Of a stretch of 64,000 nucleotides of DNA, positions 34,249 through 45,138 are shown piece after piece. The notes under the pieces are model-generated. The model saw only the letters and a list, made by a program, of their open reading frames with translations, did no database searches and was not told the DNA's origin. The stretch spans positions 496,001-560,000 of the forward strand of contig OW569348.1 in assembly GCA_937625935.1 (NCBI GenBank), read 5' to 3'. The position numbers were made by a program, and so were the translations under genes. The stretch's first letter is position 1, and every line of letters begins with the position of its first letter. The stretch is from Tetramitus jugosus. Taxonomy: Eukaryota > Protista > Heterolobosea.

Positions 34249-35892
34249 CTAGAAATACTCAAATGCACCCTTGACTATCTTTTGTAAATCTTCTTCTGTT
34301 ACGTCAAATGGAGCATTGTTGACGACTCGCTTTTGCGGCATGGTTTTGCTTACCAATGCTGCAACATCGTCCTGGGTAAATCCTACGGCCTTCAATCCAC
34401 CCGGTACATGGGTGTCTTTCATGAATTGAATGAGACGTTCACGGAGAACTTCGCCAGCCTCCTCAGGTTTGATATTCTTCGTATTGGCACCCAGGGCTTC
34501 GGCAGCCTTCAAATGTCGCTCAGGTAAGAATTTGGCTGTATATCGGAACACGGATGGTGCGCTCAAAATGACAGATACACCATGAGGAATGAGTGGTTCC
34601 TCTTGAGGATAGCCTTCCATCTTGAAGGAGCGATTCAATCCGGAAATGGAATAGCTGAGGCCGTGCGGGAGGTGGACGCCGGCTGACCCCATGGCAGCAC
34701 CGGCCAATGTCGAAGCAAACATCATATTGCTTCTAGCTTCAAAGTCGTTTGGATCGTTCACCGCACGAACAATATTGTCACTGACAATGCGCAGTGCTTC
34801 CAGACAACCAAAGTCCGCATATGGATTCGATCCCTGATTCTGAGGTCTGCCTGTTGATACACCGAAAACAAACGGATAATTCTTTCGAAGTTTGTAACTG
34901 AGTGCCGTGTAGCTCTCGAGTCCATGACTCAGAGTATCAAATCCACTGGCTGCAACAACATTGGCGGGCAATGTCCTTGTGACTTCTGGATCCACGAGTG
35001 CACAATCTGGTCTCAAGTACTGATCTGCGATTCCAGTCTTGGCTTTCATATCCAACAGATCAAATATAGAGAATCCTGTCGCTTCTGAACCGGTGCCACT
35101 GGTAGTTGGGCAGGCAATGTGAGGTTTGAGTGGTCCAGGACACGGTAATCCCTTTCCGATCGGTGCATTTACATAGTCGAGAAAGGATTCAGGTGGGTAC
35201 GTGGCATACAAATTGGCAGCTTTGGCCGTATCCATGACACTACCACCACCTACAGACACAAATCCATCAAACTTTCCCTCGGCAGCAAATTGAGCCGCAT
35301 CACGAAAGCTGACATCTGTTGGCTCCACTTGCACTTGATCGTACACTTCAACATGACTGACCTTACCATACTCTAGCAATGATTTCTTCACAATGTTAAC
35401 ATAGTCGAAACGAGCGACATTAGCATCCGTAAACAGTGCAATTCTCTTGTTTTGCAGACCCAAGTGCAAAGCTTCCATTCCTGCTTCTCTGAGAACACCA
35501 GGACCGAATTTGATACGATTGGCATGTATCTCAAATGCATAATCACCTCTTGGAGTTGCAGCACTATTGCTACTACTACTCTTTTGTTGTTCACCAACAG
35601 ATGTAGAGTAAGCTTGTTGTTGCTGTTGTGAAAGAAAGAGACTTGCGCCATGAGCACAACCACACATGGGGTGATGATAGTGGTGATCACTCGTTTGCTT
35701 ACTGTTCTTGTTGTTGACATCCACTACTGTAGGTGAATGGTGATGCAGATGATTGGTCATCATGGTTGGCATGTGATGGTGATGATTTGCATCCATGGGT
35801 GATTGTCTTGTAGTTAACACATTTTTGTGTCTTCTTGTGCTCTTTGAAATGATCGATGCTGCTCTGTTTACGACAGAATTGGAAGATGACAT
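34249..35892 (-). CDS. ADHFE1: Hydroxyacid-oxoacid transhydrogenase (Fe-ADH family), mitochondrial
   Basis: DYAFE, VEPTD, VGGGSVMDTAKAANLY, DYVNAPIGKG, PTTSGTGSE, GVHLPHGLSY, IPHGVSV. Likely ATG 35892. Confidence 0.93.
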   Translation of the reverse strand: MSSSNSVVNRAASIISKSTRRHKNVLTTRQSPMDANHHHHMPTMMTNHLHHHSPTVVDVNNKNSKQTSDHHYHHPMCGCAHGASLFLSQQQQQAYSTSVGEQQKSSSSNSAATPRGDYAFEIHANRIKFGPGVLREAGMEALHLGLQNKRIALFTDANVARFDYVNIVKKSLLEYGKVSHVEVYDQVQVEPTDVSFRDAAQFAAEGKFDGFVSVGGGSVMDTAKAANLYATYPPESFLDYVNAPIGKGLPCPGPLKPHIACPTTSGTGSEATGFSIFDLLDMKAKTGIADQYLRPDCALVDPEVTRTLPANVVAASGFDTLSHGLESYTALSYKLRKNYPFVFGVSTGRPQNQGSNPYADFGCLEALRIVSDNIVRAVNDPNDFEARSNMMFASTLAGAAMGSAGVHLPHGLSYSISGLNRSFKMEGYPQEEPLIPHGVSVILSAPSVFRYTAKFLPERHLKAAEALGANTKNIKPEEAGEVLRERLIQFMKDTHVPGGLKAVGFTQDDVAALVSKTMPQKRVVNNAPFDVTEEDLQKIVKGAFEYF

Positions 35893-35995
35893 CTTTTGTT
35901 GTTGTTTTTGGTGGTCGAAAGGCTTTCGGTGAAGTTTGAGTTTTTGTTTTGGGGTTCCAAAAGAAGACGAACACAGGTCACTCAACACATGCAAC

Positions 35996-36982
35996 ATGGA
36001 TGATGAACATCTGAGTTCAGACACAAAGGTCAACTCCAACTTGAGCTTGTTGTGCCTATTGCCTGATGATGTTTCACTTGTGATACTTTCCTTTTTAGGA
36101 ATGAATGACTGGAATAACTTGAGACTGGCTCAAAGATCGTGGCAAATGTTCGAGTTAACAGGACACAATTGTCTGTGGGCACCTGTGTTTCAATCTGTGG
36201 CGGACCGTGTCGGCCTGGAGTCCATTGAAGGATCAAACGTTATGGAGCTGCTAAATTCCGAGAGCAATTACAGAGAAAGGCTACTGTGTCTGAAGCACAT
36301 GATGGCAGAGATCATCGAGAAGAGAAAGCAAGCCATTTTAGATGTACATCCAATCTTGAGCCGTTGTCACAAATACTTTGGTTTAGGTGCTGAGCTAGAT
36401 CAACTCTTTCGTGATGAGAGACGGCACAAGATTGGGGAGTTGGAGATTGTCGTTGTGGGAGATAGATTCATTGGAAAGCACTGTCTGCTCATGAGGACAT
36501 CTAACGATTTCTATCCGGAGTATAACTCTTACTCCTCACTGATGGACTTTTGGGTGATCACGAACTGGAGAGGATCGAAGCAAACGATTAAGTTTTGGCA
36601 TACTAATGGATCGGAAGAGTATGACCGATTGAGACCTCTGTGCTACTCAAACTCGTCTCTTTTCCTCTTGTGCTTCTCTGTTGTGAATCCTTCAAGCTTC
36701 CAAAACATTACTAACAAATGGTTACCTGAAATTACGCACCACTGCCCAAAAGTACCCGTAATGTTAGTAGGCACGAAAATCGATTTGAGATCCAATGTTT
36801 CAACCAATACAATCAGCAAAGAAGAAGGGGAATGTCTGGCCAAACATCAAAACTGCATATTGTACATTGAAACCAGTGCACGTACAGGATACAATCTCAG
36901 TTCCGAGTTTCATCATACTCTGGTCAAGTGTGCCGTAATTGGACAGATGACAAGCAACCGTGGTAAGTGTATTCTGTGTTGA
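35996..36982 (+). CDS. F-box / Rho-family GTPase-like fusion with CaaX motif
   Basis: F-box LLPDDVSLVILSFL...LAQRSW...LW; Rho domain IVVVGD..IGK, EEYDRLRPLCY, FLLCFSV, KWLPEITHHCP, LVGTKIDLR, YIETSA; ends CILC. Confidence 0.88.
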   Translation: MDDEHLSSDTKVNSNLSLLCLLPDDVSLVILSFLGMNDWNNLRLAQRSWQMFELTGHNCLWAPVFQSVADRVGLESIEGSNVMELLNSESNYRERLLCLKHMMAEIIEKRKQAILDVHPILSRCHKYFGLGAELDQLFRDERRHKIGELEIVVVGDRFIGKHCLLMRTSNDFYPEYNSYSSLMDFWVITNWRGSKQTIKFWHTNGSEEYDRLRPLCYSNSSLFLLCFSVVNPSSFQNITNKWLPEITHHCPKVPVMLVGTKIDLRSNVSTNTISKEEGECLAKHQNCILYIETSARTGYNLSSEFHHTLVKCAVIGQMTSNRGKCILC

Positions 36983-37139
36983 GTCAACCCAGAACAGTCA
37001 TGTAAAACCTTGCTCCCATCGCAAATCAAACAACACACAAAAACAAAAACCAAATTCACAAAGCAACATGTGAATCACCCCATCCACACCAGCGCACCAA
37101 ATTTTTTGATCAAACGTTATTGAAACAAGTGAGTGAGAA

Positions 37140-40100
37140 ATGTCTCAACAAACAACAACAACAACCTCTCCCACAACGCCAACACCACCACCATCTCTTT
37201 CATCATCATCATCATCAACTCACCACCAACGCACATTACAACTCATCTCTGATCATTCCAAAACTGGTGAGTCATTCTTTTTGAGAGAGAATTATAGGGA
37301 AGCCGCAGAGCATTTTCGATTTGCGCTGACTCAAATTGCTACCGCATCATCCCATGGTGATGATGAGGATGAGGACGATAAATGGATCACCAGTGTCATG
37401 AAACACGAAATGATTTTGTTGAATAATTTGGCATTGGCACTGTTGTTTGATCATCAAGTTGCGAGTAGTGGTGATCATGATGATTTCACCACCAGCAATT
37501 CTTCTTCCAATAGCACGTTGCGGCAGCAAAGATTAAAAATGGAACAATTGTTGTTGCAGTCGTTTGAAGTGGGACAACAGTTGATGATGCTGCAACGACA
37601 ACTACAACCACAACAACAACAACAAACAGATCAATATTCATTCACGAAGCCAATGAATCATTTGGGATACGTGTACTTGGAGTTGGATTTTGATTTGATG
37701 AATGCTGAGAAATGTTTCTTGAGATCAGTGTCCGTGTGTCCCAATGATTTCAGTGCGTGGATTGGTCTAGCGCAAGTCTATTTGAATAGAAGTGAATTCA
37801 ATGATGCATTGAGGTGCTGCTACAGAGCAAAACAAATTCAATCAAACAATGTTCATGTGCTTCTCGTGTGTGCCAGTATCAAGTTGAAGATGGGATGGCC
37901 TGCTGAAGCGTACACAATATTAACCCACGCAAAGAAGATTGCACCTCACAATTCATCCGTGCACACATCTTGGGGCAATTTCTATTACAGTCAATCCATG
38001 TATCCGCAGAGTTATGAGTCATATGAGCGAGCATGGAAGAATGATCCCATGTGCAAGGTTGCAATAGATGGAATGATTGATATCTTGTTGAAGACGCAAC
38101 AGTACGCCAAAGCGAACAGACTAATGATGCATTCGAGATTTTCAACCTATCATTCCCATCGAGTGAAGAAGTCAGTGCTGAGTATGTGTGGTTTTTACCA
38201 GGCATTTGAGGAGCAAGAGAACGAAGAGGATCAAATAACTGCGACGACATTGAATCGTACTGTGAGTGGTGAGCGCTGTATTTCATACATGTTCAGGGCA
38301 TCAATAGTCAATGAAAACAATAGAGCATTCTATGATTGGCAACAGGGTAATGCGAGCGCTGCACTGAGTCGACTACTGTTCTTTCACAATATACCGGAGA
38401 AGTTGTTGATGCAAGACTCTCTTCTCAATTCCGATTGTTTAAATGAATTAGCCAATAAGAGTCCCGAAACGCTTCATATGTTGTGGTTACTGTGTGTTCA
38501 TGTTCGGTCACCCACCACAGGTGTGATCATGTTAAAAAAATTGTATCAATTGGAGCGTGTTCATGCTCTATGCCGTCCCTGTAACTTCAAGAATATGTTT
38601 TGGTACAGGGTTGCATGTGCTGAAACAGGCAGTCCATGGAAGTTACTCAAGTACTCCAAGTGGCTATACGAAGTCAACAAAAGGGACAATTTTTCCTTTG
38701 CACTTCAAGTATTTGCTTTTAATCGTATGAACAGACGCTCTCAACCCTTGGATACCAAAACAAGTTCACATCTAATGGCTTGCTTGGAGCAATCGCGCTC
38801 AAGTAGTGAATCTCAGATGATGCTCCATGAAGAAATTCAATTTCTGATAAGACAAGGTGATTATAGTGCTGCCGAGAACCTCTTTCCCTCAAAATACTCG
38901 CAATCAACTTGGCCTTTCACTTTGCTTATGCTCTATGCTCGCTTGTTGTACAAGAAAAAGACAATGATAACATCAAGGCAAGCATTGCAGATTGTCAACA
39001 ACCATTTGAAGAAGTATCAACGAAACGACGAATGTTTGCTTCTACGGTTAAAATTACTTTTTAACATGGCTGAAATGAACAATTTTGAGGGATACTACTC
39101 AGATTATGAACCAAAAACCTTTGAGTCTTCATGGCGAAAACTGAAGATTGGTTGCAAGTTTTATCTATCAATCTGCCACTTTAGCAAGGTATCAGAGCTC
39201 TTAAAGCTGTTGAAAAATATGTACAATGTTCGCATTAAGAAGTGGAAATACGACAATGAACTAAGCAATAAGCACGATGATATTTTAATACTTGAAGAAT
39301 ATGCTGATTCATACTATTTACTAAAAGCAAAGTTCTACCTGACGAAGAAGGAGCCGAGAATTGCCCTCATCAAATTGAACAAGATCTCAGAACATATGGA
39401 TAAGACAAAAGCGATGATTCCATTGCTACAGGCCATTCATCGTGTCAACGGTTATCGAATTGCTCTAGAAAAGGCACAACTCTTTCTGGAGTCAACACCT
39501 CAAAGCTATCACAGTCAATTGTGGAGAGAAATTATGATTATATGCTTGGATAATGATTTAACGAGACAAGCTCAGTCAATTCAAACGAGAGTGGGATCAT
39601 CAAGATTTCCCAGGATTGATATGTTACTACCTTACATGAAAATTGCATTTCTTTCAAATGCCTTTGATAGTTTAGAGGCCTACATCAATCGTATCGATTT
39701 TAATTTTTTAATATATCAAGCAAGAAAGAGAACAGATGCCAAGAACTTGTTAGCCCAGGTTCAGCTCTATCGCTTAACTGTAAACATACGAAAGGTGAAG
39801 TACATGTTCGAAACGAAAAAAGAGAGTGATCTAGTAGCACTTTACAATGATATTTCTTTGCTTGTCGCTGATGCGAAGTTTTTCAAAGATGATGTTGTTG
39901 CTGCGTATAACTCACGAGAAGTTTTTGGAGAAGAATTTAAACGAAAAATATTCGATTTATTTTCTGCTTACGCGCATGTGATGGGCAACATATTTACTCT
40001 AAACTCGAGAGTTAGAAGCTACAATTCAACTCTCAAGCTGATTGAGGCTAGACCACTCAATGTTGAGTACAAGGCTCTGTCAGATGAGATTTATGATTTT

Positions 40101-43100
40101 TATCTAGGGTTGCTGTATTTAGCAGACAATTCGATTTCCAACTATGGGCTGTTTAAGACATATTGTGAGCGCATACTTGCAATGTCAGCTAATCAAAATG
40201 AATGTGTGGATTTCACTCATACTTTGATATTGCATGCGTACTTAAATGATGATATTAAGCTTGTAAATAAGTTGGCTAGGTCTAGGAAAGGAGGAGATGT
40301 CACATTTTTAAATTTTATGAAGAGCTTGATTCGATACACAGAGCACCCTCACTCCTTAGTAGATATACAAAAGGATTTGTATCAGACTACCTTAGTGTAT
40401 ATGATGAACAACTATTTTATGTTTACAGAGGCAAATTGGCGAGCTCTCCTGCATTTATATGAGCTGATGCCGCCTACTAACTTGAATAGTGACGATTTAA
40501 TGACAGTGCGATCATTCTTGCGTTACAACTGTGAATTGTGTACGAATGAAGCATTTAGTGCTGGGAGCAAAGACATTTTTGGAATAATTCAAACGCTTAG
40601 GAACCAAACTCTAGATTATAGTTCATATGTGTCCTTGTTGCAACAAGCATGGGATTTGAGTGATCATTGGTATTTTAGGAGTTTATTGCTGAAGATTCAC
40701 TTGGACAAACATCAATATTTCCGAGACATTCGACCAAAAGTAGGAACTTCCATGTGGTTCCTTGAGCACCATGATAGTTGTGCGATCATTTCAGAAGTGG
40801 TTAACAGTTGCTTGATTCCAGTCCAGATGTCACTCAAGAATGATGTACAAGTGATTCCATTCGAACGATCTCCACATAATATATCATTATCGACACAATA
40901 CTTGCGTGAGTATGTTGACTCAACAGAGGGTAAATCTGCTTTGATCTGGAAGGCTATTTTCTATATCTACTATGAATCTCACCTGGATAACGCACAAAAA
41001 GATTTCATCACTCGCTTGAAATCCTTGTGTCGCTGCTTTATGCCTCATTTTACATCCTCCAATTCTATGAAGACATGCCTTACTAACTTCAGCATGATGA
41101 TTCACGATATAGATTTGAGATATTCCGACTCTATTGCACTGAGGCACGCGTTGGTACTAAAGAAGACACACGGTGAATTTGATGTTCAATTTGCTCGACT
41201 GTTATGTGATACAATTCGAGAGTTCTTTAATCACGGTGATGCTCCTGAGAAGCTCTTAGAAAGGACATGTCTGTACCTGCTATCACGGTGCACACATGAC
41301 AAGGTTCCACCACATACCGATAGTTTTAATTTGGCTTCAATATTCCTATCAAAACGTTCATTGACCACCCAACCGAATAGAGATAACTATATCCGTCGAT
41401 TACTTGACGTTAGATTCAACCCTAGAGAATCTGACCTAATACATAACAGTGATTGGAGTATCTGGTACTGGTTCCTCGTTCATTTATCATTACCTGACAA
41501 CAAGGGAGATCGAGACATGGAATTGTTCTGTCTCTCTGTTTATGGGTTGTTCAATGCGCTTATCTGCTTGTACTCCCCTCATCAGAAGGCTGCTTTTGAA
41601 ATTCACCAACGAATCAATGAACCATTCTTGCCTACAGCCATGGTCGGTACAAATATTGACAATAGGGACTATTTAAACAACCTTGAAAGTTCGTCGACTA
41701 CTGATTTCATTGCTCTACTTGGAATGATGTTCTCATGCGAAGCAGTGTGCAGTAACTCATCAATTCGTCGAGTTCAACCTGTTGCAGGCAAGGCGAAGGA
41801 TCAATCATATCAAATAAGTACTCCTATTGCGCTTCCCGAAACAGCCTTATCAATACGAGCTGCGAGGGCTTACTTTCCCATTCTGCTCGATATGGTGCAC
41901 GATATGGTCAACATGTTATTCTTCTGGGGATCAGATGCAGAACATAGGTCAAAATGTTTGCTCAAATTTAAAGAACTGTTACTCGTTTTATGTGGCCTAT
42001 TCGAATTACGGTTGATAACTATTAACCAAGTAGCTGATGTAGAGTTATTGTTGAATGTGTTGGCCAAGTCAATCACAGCTTGTTTCTACTATGATTTCTT
42101 TACTGAAACAGATCGAGATGTTCTATTAGATAGCATTGCCAAACTAAGAGTAGGTCAACGTTGTATTTTGTTCGATCTCCAATTTCTGCTGCATCTTATC
42201 TACAATACACCATCAGCAGTGCTCTTGGACACCATTCTACAAACCCCTATTTTTGTCAGAGAACTTTCGAGCGACATTCGATCGATTGTATCGTCATACC
42301 ACTCGCTCATGTTTTATCCAACGAACATTTCAAATGATAAAATGAAGGACCATCTAATTCGAATGTTGAAGCAAGAATTTGTGAATTTAACAGAATTAGA
42401 GATAGTCCTCGCAGGGGAGAACTTGCGCATCACTTTGTACTCTAGTGAGAGAATCATTGGTATTCTGACAGAAGTGATGCCAGATGAGATGAACGCTGAA
42501 ACTGCAGGCCAGTTTCTCTTGAATTCAACTTGTTTGACTGTCGGGTCTTCTCAACGAGATTTCACGACAAGTCTTCAACAGAAACGATTTTTAGTATTTG
42601 GAGCTCTTTCACTCTATCTTGAAGAGCCTACCAGTGTAACGATTGAGCACGCTCTTAGTAGCTCTGAAGAAGAATCAAAAGGCTCTTTTCTCCAGAAGGA
42701 TATTTCCAACCTGTTCTATGATCTAGGTAGGAAGTCAGCATTAGTTCAATATCGAGAGCAAAATGAGAGAACGCCGGTATTAAGTCCTGATAAGTATATA
42801 TTTGACCAATCATGGTACGACAATATGGATAGTGTTGTGAAACAGATTGCACAGATGTCTGCAATCGGTTGGGTATGTGGATTGTGGAATCGTCGTGCAA
42901 ACAACATCTATTTAACATTAGATCCCAAACATCCAAGCATCCACCATCGCGCTCTGGGTTTTATCTTGGAGTCTGGTATATCGAGTATTGATGAACTAGG
43001 CGAGAGGGCTGGTGTACTATCGCCGTTTCGCATGAACGCCAGTGACATTCAGGCAATTGTCAGATTAACACCAAATTCGTATGACATCTTCCATAGCGAA

Positions 43101-43757
43101 CTCGAGAAGTGCCTATTCTCATTCACTGAGGATCCCATCACCTCACAGCACATTTTAACATCTATTAAGCGAATGACCCTGCTTAATTCGACTCTGGTAT
43201 CACTAACAACAAGAGAAGCACAGAACAATTCATTGGTGGTATATACTAAATATGGACTCGATCACAAAATGGATCAGACAACACTCATGTCATCTCCCAG
43301 TACTGTCAGTGTTCAATCTAGCATCGACGACGAGTCAGAGAGTCAACTTGTGCGCATAGAAAAGGAAAATCCTCTTAGTGTGGGTGACTCTCTTTTCTAT
43401 CAGCTGATGAAACGTCGAATTAGACTTCAGGATTATCTAGAACAGCAGAAAGCACAACAGTTCGCCTTCTTAACGAAGAATGAACAAGATGTATCGTCTC
43501 TTGATGAAGATGAGACAGCTGTGACCGACACACAAGAAACAACTCAAGAATCAGCAGAGAACAAGATTGGGGCCAAGTTCATTTCCACAAATGAGCTGAT
43601 TACACGCTACCAAGTCGATGTTGTTGAACGAGCTGTTTTGCGCTTACAAAAGTTCGTATGCATCTCTTCTCACAACATGAGTGGTATGAAACAGTGTTCT
43701 TCCATCCCACAGCTCGCTGCAGTTCTCATTGAACAAGCCATTCAACACCCAGCCTAA
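37140..43757 (+). CDS. Large TPR-containing alpha-solenoid protein
   Basis: 2205 aa uninterrupted ORF with clear TPRs in about aa 170-320 (AWIGLAQVY...DALRCCYRA). The remainder is helical and unassigned. Confidence 0.8.
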   Translation: MSQQTTTTTSPTTPTPPPSLSSSSSSTHHQRTLQLISDHSKTGESFFLRENYREAAEHFRFALTQIATASSHGDDEDEDDKWITSVMKHEMILLNNLALALLFDHQVASSGDHDDFTTSNSSSNSTLRQQRLKMEQLLLQSFEVGQQLMMLQRQLQPQQQQQTDQYSFTKPMNHLGYVYLELDFDLMNAEKCFLRSVSVCPNDFSAWIGLAQVYLNRSEFNDALRCCYRAKQIQSNNVHVLLVCASIKLKMGWPAEAYTILTHAKKIAPHNSSVHTSWGNFYYSQSMYPQSYESYERAWKNDPMCKVAIDGMIDILLKTQQYAKANRLMMHSRFSTYHSHRVKKSVLSMCGFYQAFEEQENEEDQITATTLNRTVSGERCISYMFRASIVNENNRAFYDWQQGNASAALSRLLFFHNIPEKLLMQDSLLNSDCLNELANKSPETLHMLWLLCVHVRSPTTGVIMLKKLYQLERVHALCRPCNFKNMFWYRVACAETGSPWKLLKYSKWLYEVNKRDNFSFALQVFAFNRMNRRSQPLDTKTSSHLMACLEQSRSSSESQMMLHEEIQFLIRQGDYSAAENLFPSKYSQSTWPFTLLMLYARLLYKKKTMITSRQALQIVNNHLKKYQRNDECLLLRLKLLFNMAEMNNFEGYYSDYEPKTFESSWRKLKIGCKFYLSICHFSKVSELLKLLKNMYNVRIKKWKYDNELSNKHDDILILEEYADSYYLLKAKFYLTKKEPRIALIKLNKISEHMDKTKAMIPLLQAIHRVNGYRIALEKAQLFLESTPQSYHSQLWREIMIICLDNDLTRQAQSIQTRVGSSRFPRIDMLLPYMKIAFLSNAFDSLEAYINRIDFNFLIYQARKRTDAKNLLAQVQLYRLTVNIRKVKYMFETKKESDLVALYNDISLLVADAKFFKDDVVAAYNSREVFGEEFKRKIFDLFSAYAHVMGNIFTLNSRVRSYNSTLKLIEARPLNVEYKALSDEIYDFYLGLLYLADNSISNYGLFKTYCERILAMSANQNECVDFTHTLILHAYLNDDIKLVNKLARSRKGGDVTFLNFMKSLIRYTEHPHSLVDIQKDLYQTTLVYMMNNYFMFTEANWRALLHLYELMPPTNLNSDDLMTVRSFLRYNCELCTNEAFSAGSKDIFGIIQTLRNQTLDYSSYVSLLQQAWDLSDHWYFRSLLLKIHLDKHQYFRDIRPKVGTSMWFLEHHDSCAIISEVVNSCLIPVQMSLKNDVQVIPFERSPHNISLSTQYLREYVDSTEGKSALIWKAIFYIYYESHLDNAQKDFITRLKSLCRCFMPHFTSSNSMKTCLTNFSMMIHDIDLRYSDSIALRHALVLKKTHGEFDVQFARLLCDTIREFFNHGDAPEKLLERTCLYLLSRCTHDKVPPHTDSFNLASIFLSKRSLTTQPNRDNYIRRLLDVRFNPRESDLIHNSDWSIWYWFLVHLSLPDNKGDRDMELFCLSVYGLFNALICLYSPHQKAAFEIHQRINEPFLPTAMVGTNIDNRDYLNNLESSSTTDFIALLGMMFSCEAVCSNSSIRRVQPVAGKAKDQSYQISTPIALPETALSIRAARAYFPILLDMVHDMVNMLFFWGSDAEHRSKCLLKFKELLLVLCGLFELRLITINQVADVELLLNVLAKSITACFYYDFFTETDRDVLLDSIAKLRVGQRCILFDLQFLLHLIYNTPSAVLLDTILQTPIFVRELSSDIRSIVSSYHSLMFYPTNISNDKMKDHLIRMLKQEFVNLTELEIVLAGENLRITLYSSERIIGILTEVMPDEMNAETAGQFLLNSTCLTVGSSQRDFTTSLQQKRFLVFGALSLYLEEPTSVTIEHALSSSEEESKGSFLQKDISNLFYDLGRKSALVQYREQNERTPVLSPDKYIFDQSWYDNMDSVVKQIAQMSAIGWVCGLWNRRANNIYLTLDPKHPSIHHRALGFILESGISSIDELGERAGVLSPFRMNASDIQAIVRLTPNSYDIFHSELEKCLFSFTEDPITSQHILTSIKRMTLLNSTLVSLTTREAQNNSLVVYTKYGLDHKMDQTTLMSSPSTVSVQSSIDDESESQLVRIEKENPLSVGDSLFYQLMKRRIRLQDYLEQQKAQQFAFLTKNEQDVSSLDEDETAVTDTQETTQESAENKIGAKFISTNELITRYQVDVVERAVLRLQKFVCISSHNMSGMKQCSSIPQLAAVLIEQAIQHPA

Positions 43758-43851
43758 GCTAATTCGTGTGGAGAAACAAGAGGTTCAACCAAAAACGACC
43801 GAAATAAAAAACAAGTTCAAGAAAGAGTCTTTGAACAAACACAACAACAAA

Positions 43852-45138
43852 ATGGTGAGATGTGTCCTGACGCGACCAGTCTATGAATTGTACTGTTACT
43901 TGTTGCACTGTGCGATCCACTCTTATCGCAGAGACACCACCGTTCGTCCCTTTCCCACTCATTTTCTCATTCAATCATCATCATCATCACTGCACGCCAA
44001 GAAGACTTCAAGTAGCAGCAGCAGCAGTAGTTACTCTGAGAAGGATCACGATAGGTTAGCATGGATTCTCGATCAGTGCATGCCCAGTATCTCTTCACTG
44101 TTCAATAATCCTCATCAGAGCAATGACGCACCAAAGAATGTTGACAGTAACAATCATAATAATAATAGCAATAATAGTAAGAATACGAATAACTACTATA
44201 ATCCAAAGAAACGAAATATGATATTTGAGTTTGAGAATGAATTGGAGTTGAGACTTCAAGTCGAGCAACAATTGCGCAATTGTACATTCACTAGTGCCGA
44301 AGAGCAAGATGGGAGCTCTGCTTCTTCTTCCTCTGCTTCCTCTACTTCTGTGAGGAGAGATGTCGTATCAGTGTTGACATTCATTGTCAATCATTATTCT
44401 ATGCGTCCATTTACGTTGAAATACATGTCTGCTGAGACGTATTACAAGCAGCAACAGCAACTTAAACATGGTGATGATCAGGAAAAGTGGGAAGAATTCG
44501 AAACAATGTTTGCTAGTAGTGTCATGGTGCCTGACCACATTTTTCAATTTCAGTACAAGGATGGTCATTACGATACATCAGTAGGAAATGTTAATCAAAG
44601 TAGGAATGTTGAGTGGTGCTCTAAATCATACTTCCATGGAACAGGATCCGACAATGTTTATTCAATATTGAGTAGTTCTTTGCTCAATTTGAGCAATACG
44701 AAAATGATGCAGCACGGTAATGCTTTTGGTGATGGAATCTATCTGTGTGATGATATAAGAGTCGCAAGAAACTATTCCAAAGTCAGTCACAGGAAACATT
44801 GGCCTCAAACGGAAATACTAGGCAGGGATATGAGTGCTGTTTTCGAGTGTGAGGTCAATGGGCATGACCAAGATGTTGATCGTCAGGATCGTTATGCTGT
44901 TGTGCGCAATGGCAACTGCATAAAGATTAGGAATCTGCTAATTTACTCGACAGCAATGGTTGTCAAGGGTAATGCAACGAGCAAGAGGGGAGCCGTCAAT
45001 CAACCTGTCACCCCACCACCTTCTTCCGAGTCAACAACCTCTCCATTCTTCCATGTATTCAGTCAATACTCGAGTTTATTTATTGCAGTTTTGGGCATCT
45101 TATGCGGTATAGTTCTTTCCATGTATAGTAGAAAATAA
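43852..45138 (+). CDS. PARP16: Tail-anchored mono-ADP-ribosyltransferase, PARP16-like
   Basis: AIHSYRRDTTVRPFP N-domain motif, YFHGT, FGDGIYL, RYAVVRN (H-Y-Y triad), C-terminal TM followed by SRK. Confidence 0.85.
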   Translation: MVRCVLTRPVYELYCYLLHCAIHSYRRDTTVRPFPTHFLIQSSSSSLHAKKTSSSSSSSSYSEKDHDRLAWILDQCMPSISSLFNNPHQSNDAPKNVDSNNHNNNSNNSKNTNNYYNPKKRNMIFEFENELELRLQVEQQLRNCTFTSAEEQDGSSASSSSASSTSVRRDVVSVLTFIVNHYSMRPFTLKYMSAETYYKQQQQLKHGDDQEKWEEFETMFASSVMVPDHIFQFQYKDGHYDTSVGNVNQSRNVEWCSKSYFHGTGSDNVYSILSSSLLNLSNTKMMQHGNAFGDGIYLCDDIRVARNYSKVSHRKHWPQTEILGRDMSAVFECEVNGHDQDVDRQDRYAVVRNGNCIKIRNLLIYSTAMVVKGNATSKRGAVNQPVTPPPSSESTTSPFFHVFSQYSSLFIAVLGILCGIVLSMYSRK

